Notes: generated from the letters alone by a model not told the origin. Shown: positions 35,796 to 50,317, counted from the first letter of the whole stretch. The stretch: 61,840 bases of DNA, filler included, from Choristocarpus tenellus KU-1152 (GCA_964200185.2; 12 parts of 12 records of this genome joined end to end with filler, not necessarily neighbours in it), one strand, 5' to 3'. A program made the numbers and translations.

Positions 35796-37330
35796 CAGAT
35801 GAAGGAAGGGCGAAACATGACTTGGCATAATTCATTATTGTGTAAGGGTGAGAGACGGTGTCAGGGTTAGGGCACAGGGTTAGGGTTGGGATCGGAAACA
35901 GAAACTGGAAGTAATATCGTTTACTTCCGATATATATTGGAACGTGGACATCGGAGAACATGAACTTCGTCGTTAGATTTCGCTCTGCTCTTGATGGGAG
36001 GACATGTGCGTCACCAGTTCGGAACTACGGTGGAACTTGTAAACAACACGTCTCTCTGATTTCGATGCAAATGTGTGATTTCGGAAGGATATGGTGATCA
36101 TATGCTTTGCTATGCCTAGTCTTCAAGCGCTAATCCCTCCTTCAGGTAATTTCAGAACGCACAGGCTACGTTGGAGTGTGTCTTACTGCGACAGAGGTCT
36201 GGCCTTGCCTTTGGAATGTCCTGGGGTCTACCTCTCCGGAATCCACGAGTTCATTCCCGTTGTTAGCGAGATCCCCTAGTGGCTGGCGGGTCGTCATTGT
36301 ACATCTGCGGTGCGATGGATGTGGTCCTCTCGAAGAAGTGCGACAACGATTCCTCTTTATTGTCCAGGCCCGTTGGTTTGTTGTCGACAAAGTGAGGGAG
36401 TGTGGGGTTTGTTGCATATGTCGTTTGGCGAAAGTTTTTTTGTTATGATCTATAATAAAATTTAGGTGTTGAGTAAGTCATGAGTAGGTGTTGGGTAGGT
36501 GTGCAAGGACGGCTATTAGAAATCGCTGATTCACTCTGCCGATCCTAAACCTCTTCAATAAACATCCCGACAGTCTTAACGAGCAAGATGGTCCTACCCC
36601 ATTTTAACAAATTTCATACTTGGCCTGTATTGTACTACGCCACGAAATTGAACTCCCTCATCACTCGTTCCTTTTACGCAGGACTATTCTGTTGATATTG
36701 CTGCCTACTTGAACGAGACCAGGGCGCAAAGAGTGCTATCAAGAAAATATGACTAGACCTCTACGTCGGGTCCTGAGGGGTGCCCAGTCAATTTGCTTGC
36801 CAAGTTGACTCCCTCTGTTGAATGCAGCAAGTACAAAATACATAAAATCTTCTACCTGCACGTCAACCAACCAAACATTGGTAGACCCCCTTTCTCTTCG
36901 TCATGCCCCTCGAATATGCCAACAAAAGCATCAGGAAGGGCACCCATCACACTCAGCATTGATGGGGCATCAAATATGTTCCCCGTCTCCACCCGATTTG
37001 TAGTGGAACTTCCCCTAGATGGTACTGTTGTCGCAGTCACTGAAGACCATGTCGACTACTTGGACATTGTTGCTTCAATATACCGGCACCTGCCCCTGCA
37101 CACAGTGGGGGTTGCCATCCCAATCCACACCATCTGGGCGACGAAAATATGTTACAGGCGCTCCCGAAAGCTTACCTCCACAGGATGTATAGCTCCAATC
37201 TACGGGCCTATAGATGGTACTGATGTACGTATAGGACTCCTGATGCACAAGTCATCAAGTATGCTGGATCTCTCACTTGGGTTATCATCAATATCATCCT
37301 ATAAAAAGGAACCGGTTTACGATGTCTTAT

Positions 37331-37388
37331 GAGTGAAATTATCTTAGAGGGTACGAATTTTTCCCTGTTTGTCCATTTGTGGGGCTTG
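37331..37388 (+). mobile_element. MITE family B, truncated by the gap
   Basis: GAGTGAAATTATCTTAGAGGGTACGAATTTTTCCCTGTTTGTCC. Confidence 0.8.
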
Positions 37389-40300
37389 NNNNNNNNNNNN
37401 NNNNNNNNNNNNNNNNNNNNNNNNNNNNNNNNTTAATTAATTAANNNNNNNNNNNNNNNNNNNNNNNNNNNNNNNNNNNNNNNNNNNNGTCCGTCTTGCC
37501 CAGTCATTCTCTTCACGACCCTTGCCTGAGTGAATCACGCCACCACAGAATCACACGATTCACACTGTTTTTCTTCTCTAAGGGTCAGTTCCAGTTCAAG
37601 CCTAAAGGAAACTTTCAGGGCTATTCAGCACTTCTCTTTGTTATTTTCTCTACCCTACCTTGGCATGAATTATCCCAACTCATAGTCAGGCACTACAACC
37701 TACACTACTTCTAATACTACTCCCATTCCGCTTCGACAAATTGTATTGTCTCCGTTTCTGCCTTGTTTCTCACATGTTGCATTCACCATTCCCACCACTC
37801 TTCAGTATCCTACCTCGATGTTCTGCTGAACCTGCCCCAAAGTTGTAACACTTTCATTTGGTCTTGTGTTATTGTGGTATAGCCCAGACAGGATAGTACA
37901 AACAGATGTAGCAAATCCCGCTTATGATAGATAGTGCTGCCACTACACAAGTCTCTCTCGCTCAAGACGCGTCATGCATTTAAAACTGGAGACACCAGGG
38001 AGATGGGCAAGGAGGGGCCTGTCAGATTCTTGGGATGCTTCCCTAACTCCTCGCCCTGTAGTGTAGGGCTGAGCTAGTCTGGAGGCATACCAGCAGGGAA
38101 CACATCATATTGAAATAATGTGCTTTTATGGGAGTGGTGTAGTATAAGCTGGTATTCAAATAGCAAATAGGTTTTGGAGAGATATCTTCCGCATTTATGA
38201 CAACTGTTACTTTTACAGGGGTCCTTATGATATGAACTGACTTTTTCCTTGGCACATATACGAAATTTCAGAGGGCGTAAGAATATGTATGAAATTGCAT
38301 CTTCGATACCAGATTTTTATGGTGAAATTAAGCTTGGCGTCATTGTAGGTGCTCGAATTCGCTAAATCTATACAGGTCTTCTCCACCTTAACCATTGAGC
38401 CGTAACGAAGCCCATATTCATGAAAAGCAACCAAATAAGAAGGGAATAGTGCGCATGGAAATATTATTTATACTACAAATGCGATTGATGTCCAAGAAAT
38501 TCTTTTTTCTTTGTAAGAGATGCTCAGGGCACAGGCGTATTATTAATCAGATATTATCATATATCCTGGTATCTGAGAGTGTAGCTGAAGAACCTTTGCT
38601 TGTCTTCTCCATCCATGTCAAGCGTGTGATTGAGTAATTCCCCATTGAGCTCCAGCTCAGTAAAGAAAAACTCTGTCTCTTAACCACATTCCCCCTAACA
38701 CACACAACACCGTGCTACTGTTCATTTTGTGCAGATCTAGGAAGACTACCACTTCCTCCATCATAGAAATTATCTCGTCCAAGTCTCCATCAATATTCAC
38801 CATAATAAGCCTGAGAAACTTGGCTGCTGTCTCCATGAATGAATTGCTTCAACACTGGTACACTTCATCATTCCTGCCATCTGCAGCCATGATTGGATGT
38901 GGTTCGTCCTTATGCATGCTGACAAGTCCCGTCCTTCGGGGGGACAGCATGGCACAGGAAGCCATTGCAACACCCCTAGATATGACATCAGGTGACATTT
39001 TTGAACACCTCCAGAATATTTACAAGTTTGCAGAGAGAGGACGACCCCCTTTTCGCTGCAGCTGAGGCATCCTTTGATGTATTTGGGGTATCACTCAAAG
39101 GAGGTTTTGAACGCTGCTTGGAGAACCAGGAGGAAACGGAAGAACCTACAGGTCGATTCAAACCTTTTGAGTCACACTAGAAGAAATAAACATGGAAAGG
39201 GAAACATGAACATGAATTTAGCATTATACACCTTTTCTAACCTGTGAAGAAAAACCCTTCAAATTTTACGTCACAACAGAAGTTCCCAAAAACGAAGGGG
39301 TCACTAATGCAAAATGCTAGATGAGGGAACTTCCCTTCAACCTATCTATTATGTATAACTCAACCTCCATATCTGATTCCTCAAATAACCACAATGGCAA
39401 TCTTTCACCTTCCACCTTCAACACCTCCACCCTACATCATTTACTGTTTTTGTGTTAGTATCTGATTTTATGACCCTTTAAGAGATGATGCACCCACTTG
39501 GATGTGGGCCAACCATCTCTAGTTTCGTTTTCATTTCCATCAGAATGTCGCTGCGGAGAGGCTGAAAAAACTCATCACAAATGAAAGGTACCTGTTTGAG
39601 TGGAGAACGTTAATATTCATCAACTCATTTTAAAGAAACACTCTCTTCTGTGTTTCAATGGCTGAATATTGACAATCTTTAGGAGAGGTGGGAACAAATT
39701 GTGGAATGATGTGAGACAAACTATGTACATGTCAACTCTTGAATATACGTAAGAAATGTATCTACCCACACGAATTTAGGACATACTATATGTTTGTCAA
39801 ACATACCGATTTATGCTCGATTGATGGCTGTTTCCAGAGCCAAATTGAAAATTGTGTACCACTATCCCACAATTGGTATGGTACAACCAAAAAGGGTGTA
39901 TCGACATACAAATCTACACTGGATACATTTTAGTCTCCTTATAGGCATGGTGCAGTTTATTCATGGTAAGGTCCATCCGTCCGTACAACCCAAAGTGCCC
40001 AATGATTGACGGACTATTATGTTCTGCATGTTATATTCTAGATTTAGCGCTGTTTATACAGTATTTGAGCAAAGACCCTTTTCATTAGGTACGAAAAGAT
40101 GTGAATTGGCTATTCCTGGGGATCCTTATCATAATGCAACCCTGTGTATACGTACGTGTAAGCCTCTCAGTTATAGTATGACTTACCACTTGAGATGTAG
40201 GATGGAAATACCCAAAGATATCTGTATGATATGCATGTATGTCATTGTACAAAGTAGGGTTGATTGTTATCATACACTGTCATACCATTTTGTGTTCTTT

Positions 40301-41676
40301 TCCGAGAAACTGTGGAGGACCTTCAGAAGGATAGGTTTCTATGAATTCCCATGACTTCTCTTTGAGAGCACGCTTTCCGAAGCGGGATCTATTATCAATG
40401 AGTGGTTACTTGTCAGGAACAACATTTTCTTTTTTGCCATAATTGAGAAACTGAACGGATGATATGAAAATCCATGGTGATGAGTGAAATGTTTTTCTCC
40501 TCTGGTTCTCACAGACAGTGCTCACTAAAGGTGGTACAGTAAGTACACAGAGTACATGCAGCTATGAATACACATACAATTTACATGATATTATTGCATA
40601 ATGCATAATGCATACATACATCATCAACACATCAAAATGGCACATCTTCCAGAGTGGGATATATTTTAGAACTCCAGACTCTGAGAGTCCAGACGCTAGC
40701 TACTTCTCACCAGGTGTTGTTGCACTGCATGAAGTTGAGGGTTTTCTCCTCTAAGCCCTCATCTTCTTCCATCTTGGCAATTGAACCAAGGTCCTCCCAC
40801 ACAGATGGAACCTTCATGCCAAAGAGCTAATTACTCTTCTTCAGCTCCTCTCGGCTCTGTTGTACCCCCACTTTCTCTCTTGAACTTTGTGTACAGGTCA
40901 TCATTATTCACAGGTGAGTGGGTGAACACTCCTGTCATTGCAGCTTCCCTATTGAGAAGCTGCCTACCCCCTGGATCCCTACTACTCTCATCACTTCCGC
41001 TCACACCAAACCCCCATATCACCAACATGATAAACCTGTGTGCAGAACATGATATGTCCAGCATATTCCGGTCTCTCAGGGCTTTGATTGACAGTGTTTC
41101 CTTCCGGATTGGTGGTCTGGCAAAGGAAATTGTGACAAGGCTCTACGTTGTCAACCGAAAGGCTGCTTCAGCATCCTATGACAAGCTGCACCAGGTATAA
41201 ACGAGGGCATTGCCAAAGGAAAGAGGACAAAATGTCAATATTTGTTCACCCATGTTTTGTAGATATATTATGAAGATATCAAAGTTGGAACTTGATTTGT
41301 TCACTGATTCTTCTCCAACTATTACTAAAACAACAATGATACAATAAGATTCATCATAAAATAGATCAAATTAAACCCGGAAAAAATAGTCTGATACAAC
41401 AATCAACAATCAATCAATGATACGCGTTTCTTGGAAGCAAGTGCAACTACACGTTACCAGCAACTTGACATTTGCTTGGGAGTTCGTACAACCAACTCGA
41501 GTGTTTATTGCTAGAAATGAAAAACGAAAATAATGAAGTTACGCTGCATTACGCATCTACTATGCTGTATGTAAATGGGAATGGACCGTTATGAGGTATC
41601 GCACATCACATTGTACTATCAGAATCACACCACTGACTGAGAAGATGAAAATACAAAATCATATCGACTCTTTCTC

Positions 41677-41914
41677 CCAGTCCATTTTGGGTCAAGCCCA
41701 TCCTCAATTTTTTGAAATCTGCTGTTATTGGGTCAACCCCAACAATGTATCATGTAATGGGGCCAGGCCTTCGAAACATGCGAAGAGACTGGCCCCATGC
41801 TAACTGCTGGTCCAGTGTATACCCCTGACATTGACTATTAGCTACCAACAGCCGATTTCAAAAATTGAGGATGGAGCTTTTCATTGAGGACGGGGTTGAC
41901 CCAAAATTGACTGG
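41677..41914. mobile_element. Foldback MITE (~240 nt)
   Basis: CCAGTCCATTTTGGGTCAAGCCCATCCTCAAT ... ATTGAGGACGGGGTTGACCCAAAATTGACTGG, plus an inner inverted pair TTTTTGAAATCTGCTGTT / AACAGCCGATTTCAAAAA. Confidence 0.8.
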
Positions 41915-42014
41915 NNNNNNNNNNNNNNNNNNNNNNNNNNNNNNNNNNNNNNNNNNNNTTAATTAATTAANNNNNNNNNNNNNNNNNNNNNNNNNNNNNN
42001 NNNNNNNNNNNNNN

Positions 42015-42038
42015 CCCCCTTCCCAGATACTTTGGGTC
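42015..42038. mobile_element. MITE family A right end (another at 46768-46788)
   Basis: CCCAGATACTTTGGGTC and CCCAGATACTTTGACCTC. Confidence 0.75.
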
Positions 42039-42549
42039 AAGTGGACTACCAACAAGTCAGCATGCCCTGCACCACTTTCTTCCGCGCAATCTTTGACATC
42101 CTGCACATATCCTCAAGTGGTCCTTGGGCAGGTTGGACTGTCAATAGGAGCCATCGACTAGCCACCTGAGCTGATTTCAAGCCACCCTTTGCCCCTCCCA
42201 CGTTGAATGCTATACCAAACACACACTCAAAACAGCGATCTATGTTGTGGTGAACTCCCTGGCCTACCGAGGAGATAGTCAGCTGACTAGCTCAGGGGCT
42301 TACTAAGCTTTAACAAACGTTTTCTCCAGCAAGCGACCCATATTAGCCATTGGAAACCCACTGCGTCTGCCTTCAAGGCAGGTTTTGCGTCTTCATCTGA
42401 CCCATACCTTCCCTTAACCATCATCCACCTCACTTGGAAGGGTATATGTAGCAGATGAGTCGACGTCCATGAGTCGATTTTCTGCCATCCATGATCCACT
42501 GCTCAGTCGACTCTCCAAATTCAACATCGTCTTGCATGTACATGGAGTG

Positions 42550-42800
42550 CCTTAATGGTGAATCTTTCCAAGCCTGTGGCACATCCTCCTCTTCCCACAC
42601 AGCCACCCACAATCCAATGGAACCCTCTGTAGGATACTGCCATGCTCATTGAGTCCAACTTCGAGCAGGTCATCTGGTCCTATTGCCTTCCCATTTGCCA
42701 TGGCACGCATCACGTTTGCCTCTTCAAAAAGTGGTGTTGGTGTGTCAGCTAGTGCCGTGTAGATGAGGTGTTGCTCGATAGGTTCAGCAGACTTTTAGAA
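42550..42800 (-). pseudogene. LINE (RTE/CR1-like) ORF2 relic, region just before the RT domain
   Basis: VMRAMANGKAIGPDDLLE...AVWEEEDVPQAWKDS resembles the K.A.GPD...W....VP..WKD motif. Confidence 0.6.
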
Positions 42801-44365
42801 CAACCACGATTTGTGTTTGCTCGCTAAAAAAGGTTGCCCATGTGATGGAGGAGAGTCGTATTGTAGACATAGCTGTCAATACCTCGTACCAAGTGGCTTT
42901 CGCCTATCAGAATTTACCAACTACTACAGTATGGAAAGAGGCTTGTCCATTTTGACCGGGGTTGGTTGTATTTCACTGATTGTTGACATTGAAAGACGAT
43001 CCGACAAGGCCCACTCTTCACGAGGAATCCTTCGGTGACCACCCCACACTTCAATTCTATATGTGGGGGGATATCATTTTGGCGAGGGTATGCATGGTCA
43101 AGGTTGGTACTTTATTCTTTGCCAAAGATAAACTTGATATTAGGAATAGCAGAGTAGTCACAAACACATCCTCACTATCGTTCGGAGTGGTGCTGTTAGA
43201 GCTTTACTCGTGTGGGCAAGAATATACCATTGATTTCGATTGTGAGAAATGTACTGGAGTTTTGGGTCAAGAGTTAGTATGGCCCTTTCGCTGCAACTTG
43301 TGGGCAAGAGATTCGTGGAAATCGTAGAGGCAGTGTGTCCGATCGTTCGTGCAGATGGAAATCTACATCTAATCCACATCAACGAGGTCTTTGATTTGAT
43401 GGAACCTGTTCAAAACTCCGGGCGCCACAGAGAACACAGTAGGTTGCCCACCTCATCCTTGGAACTTGCACTCATCAGTAAGGAATGGCTTAGGATAGGT
43501 TGAACACGCCCTTAAACCAAGCTTCTTGGGAAACCCAGCTCAGCCACCACAGCCTAGTCCATTTTTTCATGGAAAATATTTCGAGATCATGTCGTAGGTC
43601 AAGGGCATTGTTGATACCTTTGTGGGCAGATTTCCCTTTCCGTTTCCGACCAATGTCGGGATCCATTACATAAGAATCCTTACGAGGTTTGTAGATCTCC
43701 CAAAGCCTTAGGTGTTTGAGTATTTCTCGCAAACCTCTCGACAACACTCGCAGTCTGACCATGATCAGAACCTCTTCTTTATGCCTTCAAGTATGTCGGT
43801 CCACCTTCGCTCTCATTTTCTCCAACCATTATTTGTATTGACAATCTCAAACATTTTACGATTATAGTGTGTTAAGTAGAAGGAATAGTGTAAGTAGGGA
43901 TTTCAAATTGAGGTTTTGAACTTCCACGAACCTCAATGGTTAGTTACTTAATGTGATAATTTCTCTAGAGATGTTCCTCCGAAGGTGTTCTTCAAACGTC
44001 AGATCTCCATTTCATGTTCACAAGTATTATTATTTGCATGATGAAGTCATAAAATATTTATCTTTTTTTCAAATTCAATTGTATTGAATTAGAAATTACT
44101 TTCTAGGAATTAATGAGAAGTATTCTGGGTAAGAAGATATACACTGCGTGCCATCAAGAAACTGATTAGTTTTCACTAGTATAAATAATGAGGTAAATAA
44201 TGGCGGTGAAGAAAAATATAAGTAATCAATCTCCACCTTCTATTTATACTATCGCAATCAATCAGTCCATGGACACGTTTTCTACATACTTCTCCACCAC
44301 TCACACTCTACGTGATCAGGATCATGTGTAGGTGAATATTTTCGTCCCAACTTCCAACATCCAAC

Positions 44366-45723
44366 ATGTTTTCGTGTTGTTACGATTCGCGACGTAGAGA
44401 CGCGCTTCGTCGAGAGTCCATTAGGGCGAGGGGTGACTGTGGAGGCTTAACTTCAGGAGAGCATACGTCAGGCTCAATTTGGGGTGGTACGGTAACCGCA
44501 ACTGGGGGTGGGCCAGGCAATAAATCCCCACAACGACAGGATCTGAATGCAGTCAAGGATCAACCCAAGCAGAGTTCGAGACATGACGGTCCGTTGGGCA
44601 TCTTCTTTGATTTTCTGACAGAACGTTGCTGGTGGCCATCACCATCAAAGAAAGGCACTAGTAGGCACCCAGTCCCAATATTATGTGGAAACACTACGCG
44701 GCCGAAGCTTCTCACGGAAGATAGCACCGTCACAACAGAAGCTGGGTCACCCCCTATAGTTGAAATTCAGGACTCGCAGACCCAATCCTCCCAGGAAAAT
44801 TTAAATGCCGAAATCGAACCAGATGTTTTTCAAAGAGCATCGACGATGGAGAGGCCGCTTGTCTCCAAACGATTGTCCTTCACGGTGAGTCTTTGCTCAT
44901 TGAAGTGTGTCTGTGGGTATTCAGTGCTTGGTAGGGTGTCCACAGTGGTATGTGCAAGGACTAGTAGCTTGTGCTACACCATCAAACACCCCAGGTCAGT
45001 TCCATTCCAATTATGTCATTGACCGCAGGTGCCTTTTCAAGGAATATTGCATATTGACAGAGCCGTATGTATGTCACAGTAAATATCATGCGTCCGACCT
45101 TAATGTTGGCGTCCTTTAGCAAGAGGCCTATGTTACAGTTATATTTCCAATCTTATCACGTCCATGGAGTATTATTAGGATCGGTGCATACCTTGTACGG
45201 AAATGAGACGAATCTCTTCAAGTTCATATGCCAGATCTTCAAGAACATGATCTTCAAGCACATGATCTTCAAGCACATGATCTTCAAGAACATGAGAATT
45301 TCAGCCCCAGGCAGATAGCATCATCCTCAGTACCTAATCCTTCCTGTACTCCACCTAACCACCCTCCCTTCCCCACTCCACCCTACGTCACCTTAGAGTG
45401 TCATACCTCACCGTACCCTACCTTACCCTAACCCAGCCTAGTTTGTCTCAGACCGACAACATACTCTGAGCTATGCGTACCACCAGTCATTTCCCTGCTT
45501 TACGTAATTCTTGTTTCCACGCCTCCCATTGCAGGAGGAGATTTTTAATCCTTCCTACGTTACCTTTACACCCTTACTCTCTCATGAGATGATGAGGAAG
45601 ATTGAGTACCGGGCACCAGAGAGACATGTGCCCTCTGCAGTGGCCCCCCCAAGCTCTGTTGCTAGCCCTAACTACCGGGATGTATTGCGCCGAGGTGTGA
45701 GGGCTGAACGGGAATTGGGATAA
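44366..45723 (+). CDS. Hypothetical protein (exons 44366-44884 and 45535-45723; further exons possible near 46409-46506)
   Basis: ATG-initiated 173-codon exon ending ACG|GTGAGT, then a phase-0 acceptor TTGCAG|GAG; no recognisable domain. Confidence 0.5.
45234..45295. repeat. 15-nt tandem repeat, 4 copies
   Basis: GATCTTCAAG(A/C)ACAT-type unit. Confidence 0.9.
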
Positions 45724-47879
45724 CTTCTGTGATGATGGAATCGTAGTTGTGTCAACTGTTTGAAAGATCTAACATCGTGACAACTAGAGTCACATAATCA
45801 GGTGAGTTTTCGACATAGGGTGTTCATTGGTCGAGCCTGGCGGAGTAAACCAGCTCAATCATATTTTTTCCCAGAGAAAGGCCTCCTGCTTATTGAGGGT
45901 CCCAGGCTGAGGCAAGAACATCCTAGAGCTACAAAAGTAGGTCCGATTTTAATTCTGTTTTTTTTCAAGAGTGTGCTTATCCGTATAGCAGGAGTTGCAA
46001 AGAGACAAGGCTTTCATGTATATGCTTGTGTCCTAAGGATACCATTCCCCAAAAGTGCCCGTTGTGAGTTTAGAAGCAGTGTGCACCTGCCATTCATCCA
46101 TGTGCTTGGATAATGTCCTCCTCCATATTTAATCAAGAGTTAAAAAATATCAGCAGGTGGATGGAATAGATCATCGTTGATTGGTATAGGTTCGCAATCA
46201 TAGTAGATGCAAATAGACTCGGTACATACGAATGTAGACTGGACCCTTTTTTTTCTCTTTTTTTTTGGGGGGGGGGGGGGAGCTTCTTGGTCAAAGGGAT
46301 TTCTTACTCTTGTTGTCCTTGCCAACACGCACATGCTGATTTTATTATATTTTCTACTGTCAATAAATTCTGATGCACAACCTTGGATTTTTTTGTGTGC
46401 GTGCTCAGAACAAGTTTCATTACTTCACAGAAGAACCAATGCCTCAACTCTTTTCCACTCCGTCTCGCCCACACCCACACCCAAGGGTGCTCGCTGATTC
46501 TGACAGGTACCTTGAGGTTGTATTCAAGACCCCGAAAACGTCACGGACCAGCTCCCTACTGTGTACTAGTGCGCAAACTAATTCTCTCCCCCCCCCCCCC
46601 ACCCCATCAACTAAATGTCGATGTCTTAACCTCGTTCCTGACCCACTGGCTTCCCTGCCCTTGACAGNNNNNNNNNNNNNNNNNNNNNNNNNNNNNNNNN
46701 NNNNNNNNNNNTTAATTAATTAANNNNNNNNNNNNNNNNNNNNNNNNNNNNNNNNNNNNNNNNNNNNCCCCCAGATACTTTGACCTCCGAATCATGTCTA
46801 ACCGCTTGAATAAAGTGGTACCAGTAGCTTCGCGGTCTGTGGTAATCTTGAATTTGTTCACCAGTTTTCCACAACAGTCATACAAGATTCCATATATCAA
46901 ATGAACGGATATAATAAGAGGTTTTGAAGGTTTGTATGCACAAATGTCCAGGCCTTGGGGAACGGGAACTATTTCCCGATCAAGTAATGGAAGAAACGCG
47001 GGGGAACATCTCCGGCGCAATATTGAAGGTGAAGACTTCAAAACAGACAAAAATGAAGGGGTGGGCTGAATTCCTTGCATTAAACTGGTCTTGGTTAGGT
47101 CACTGCCGAATTTTGTCTGTTGTGGAAATACAAGTTTCAAGATTTCCGGATATCTTTAACGCCTTTGTGGACTTTCTGTGAGCACACACACACCTGACTT
47201 ACACAACAACATGAACCCTGACGGTGAGACAAGGAGAGCCACCGAGGCCACATTGCCCTCTGGATCTACCCTTGGCACCTTCTCTGTCGAGAGAGGCCGG
47301 AAAATAAAAGTACCGTGTCAAACTCAGTGCGATGTTAGGTGACCAGAAAGTGCGAGTAGTGTGGCGCAGGAGCATAATCAAATCGCGAAATGGACCGCGC
47401 GGTCGGGACACTGATGCTGAGAGAAGATGCATTGAAAGCATTACCACACAAACGTGGTTGGGTCTTCAACCACGTCGGAGCACTGCTCTGCAGTCTCTGC
47501 CGCCTCAGGAAAGCAGGAAAGAGAACAGCAAGTCCATCACCAGGTGTGGTACCGTGATGAAGTCTGTGGGGAAGCCTGGTCACGGCAGGCGAAGGGAGAA
47601 CCAGAGTGGCCGGCCGAAGGAAAGGTTGGGGAATAGAGCAGTGCGACTACGTGCCATTGCGCTCAGGAAATGCTAAAGTGAAAACCCAGGTGTAGAATAT
47701 CTTAGTAGTCGACAGTTGTAGGAGGCCCTGGCTGATTGGAAGCTGTGCAAGTCGGAGTGGCTTAGGAAATGAGAAAGAAAGTGTTAGGATGGGGCTACAA
47801 GGGCTCTGAAGCCCGAAAGAAGGTAACCCATTTCCGCCACTCAATGAGGAAATGTGATAGTGAAGGCTCGAGCACTTCG

Positions 47880-48135
47880 AATCCTGTACCTATGTATGAA
47901 CGATGGGAAAGACTATCAAACAGCGCTCGAGATGGAAGCAGGATAGGCGATGGTCAGGTCGGAAACTGTGAGTAAATGGGAGAGAGACTTCCTAACTAAG
48001 GGCCATATCAAGGTGTCAGAGCAAGGGCGCGACAAGAGGCATTTCGTTCTGGGCCACGACGAGGACATCCTCCCCAAGATCAAAGAGTGGGTGCGTGAAC
48101 ACACAGGAAGAAAGGGAGGGGAGACCCTTTCCTTG
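47880..48135 (+). pseudogene. Tc1/IS630-like transposase N-terminal relic
   Basis: ETVSKWERDFLTKGHIKVSEQGRDKRHFVLGHDEDILPKIKEWVREHTGRKGGETLS resembles the DNA-binding region of the family that ends in HCELNPIE...HRR. Confidence 0.5.
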
Positions 48136-48466
48136 TTGAAACCCTATACTATAATCAAGTAATAGCATATCTGTTGCCACTCTTGATGACCTACAATCGA
48201 GGGTTCGAACCCCAGTATGAGCGATCTTTCTTCAAAAAATGAAAAATGGCGAAAAACAAAAAACGAAGCCCGAACGTCGGAGGGTATTGTGACGGGCATC
48301 ACGAAGATGCTTTATTTTTATATTCGATGTCTACACCAAAAGTGATGATGGGATAACCCCAGAGGGCGAAGCTATTGGTACCACTATAGCACATGTACAG
48401 AGTTCGTGATTGACCATTACATGGTACGGTGGAAAAAGATGTATCGCCTACCTGTCAAGCGAGGTT

Positions 48467-48731
48467 GCGTCAACGCATTTAAGAGGATAGGGCCGCGTCC
48501 GTTTGGGGTCCAAAATCCAATGTTGCGATTTTGATGTAATTTTGGCTATCATGCTTGCTAGCAAGTGTCATATTCCTTGCTCCAGACACATTTTTCATAG
48601 TCGTATACATTAAACCTACTTCGAAATGTTTCGAAAACCGAAAAAGGACAAAAAAAACCGGTGGGAAGTCAAGCCCCGAATGGACAAACAGGGAAAAACT
48701 CCTAAAAGATTGCCTCTTAATACTGAAGGTG
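48467..48731 (-). mobile_element. MITE family B, inverted copy
   Basis: CATTTAAGAGG...CCTCTTAA with internal reverse-complement match (GCAAGTGTCATATTCCTTGCTCC, GGACAAACAGGG). Confidence 0.85.
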
Positions 48732-50188
48732 AAAAAGGTTTTAACACAAGCAAGATTTAAAAAAGTAACACAAAAGGGTAACAGAAAATATGTATATATA
48801 TAAATATATTTACCTTGGGCAATCATCCCAAGCATTACACAGGAGAATAGTTGGTAGATAGTGTCCTCACATGATCTTCACCGCCCTGAAGTCCTCCACG
48901 ACCTTCACCATCTTCTCTCCCCTTGAAAATAAACTGCCGTGAGGTGAATAATTCCTGGCCTCCCAATCCTTGATCTTTTCATACACAATAGTGAAAGGGG
49001 AAAATCCTACCCTATCGTATTCATAAACGTTCGTTCTAATAATGCACACATTCCCTTGTGCAGTCTCCTCTCCTTTTCTGGGGCTGACTTCTGAGTAACC
49101 TCTCAACACAGCATCTGATCATGTAGCTCAAAGGTCGATCTATCGAAAAGGAACCATTTTCTTGACAGTGGCCTCACATGAGCTCATCATCCCAACCATC
49201 CACTTGTTGCAGTAGCAAGACCTGTGAGAATTTATGGCACTTCCCGAGTTAGGTTCACTCCTGTCCTGGGTAGAGAAGTGGTGGTAGGAGTTGATGCTGA
49301 GCAAGGGAGGAACATGTGTTACAGGCGATATGTCTTGATGGCGGTTTCATAAACACCATTATGACATTGAAGTTATAGATTTGATATATTTGTACTTCTT
49401 GATTATTTATTATTTGGTCATTATGGTCTATGATTGTGATNNNNNNNNNNNNNNNNNNNNNNNNNNNNNNNNNNNNNNNNNNNNTTAATTAATTAANNNN
49501 NNNNNNNNNNNNNNNNNNNNNNNNNNNNNNNNNNNNNNNNCCCCCCAAACACAGACACAAAGCAGACACATCAAACGACTGACTGCATTTGCACAATGAA
49601 GAGACAAGAGGACTGGCTCCCTTTACAGTATTCGCCAACACAACACAACACAAAGTTTCCAAACAACCGAAAAAACAATAAAAAAGCCTGGCAAACTGCC
49701 AAAAAAAAAATGCGTAGAAATTTCCTGTAATACTCTCACACGGTAAAAGAAATTTTACATGTTAATACTCCCGCTGTCCCATGTACGTAAGTCGTAACGT
49801 TTTATTTATTGATTTTATTTATTAAAATCGGGATGACCTCTATTATTATTATTATTTTTTTTTGCATTGAATTTCTTGACCTAAAAAATTAGAATGCCGA
49901 TCAACCAATTTATTCAGTGACTTCTTCTTCTTCTTGTGGACGTACAGTACAGTACACGCCCGCCTAACCTCTGTTCCATATTTTCGGAACCGTTTCGGGA
50001 TATACGTATATATATAAATATAAATATATTTAAAAATAAACAAATCTGTCACGGTAAAAAAATGTTCCGAGGAATCCAATGCAAAAAAATACATAACAAA
50101 AAAAATCGGAGGTCATCCCCAACAGGTACATACATGCATTAAAGGAACACAGACTTAACTTACATGGGACAGAGAGGGAGTACGCATA

Positions 50189-50221
<33 letters not shown>

Positions 50222-50292
50222 GTATATCACCAACAGTTCTTTTTTTCTTATTGATACCCATACCGTACATCTACTTCCGACAAAAAAATAGA

Positions 50293-50317
50293 AACCCTAA
50301 CCCTAACCCTAACCCTA
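50293..50317. repeat. Interstitial telomere-like (CCCTAA)n; shorter runs at ~1114, 1585, 35865, 51243 and 51301
   Basis: AACCCTAACCCTAACCCTAACCCTA. Confidence 0.8.

Noticed and set aside
34237-36450. Short ORFs as a possible viral or Helitron insert
   Set aside because: No recognisable Rep, helicase, capsid or transposase motif in the translations
43200-43790. Possible further Tc1-like transposase relic on the minus strand
   Set aside because: Only weak, frameshifted resemblance (RGLREIL..LW, LQRKGH); too degraded to support without a search
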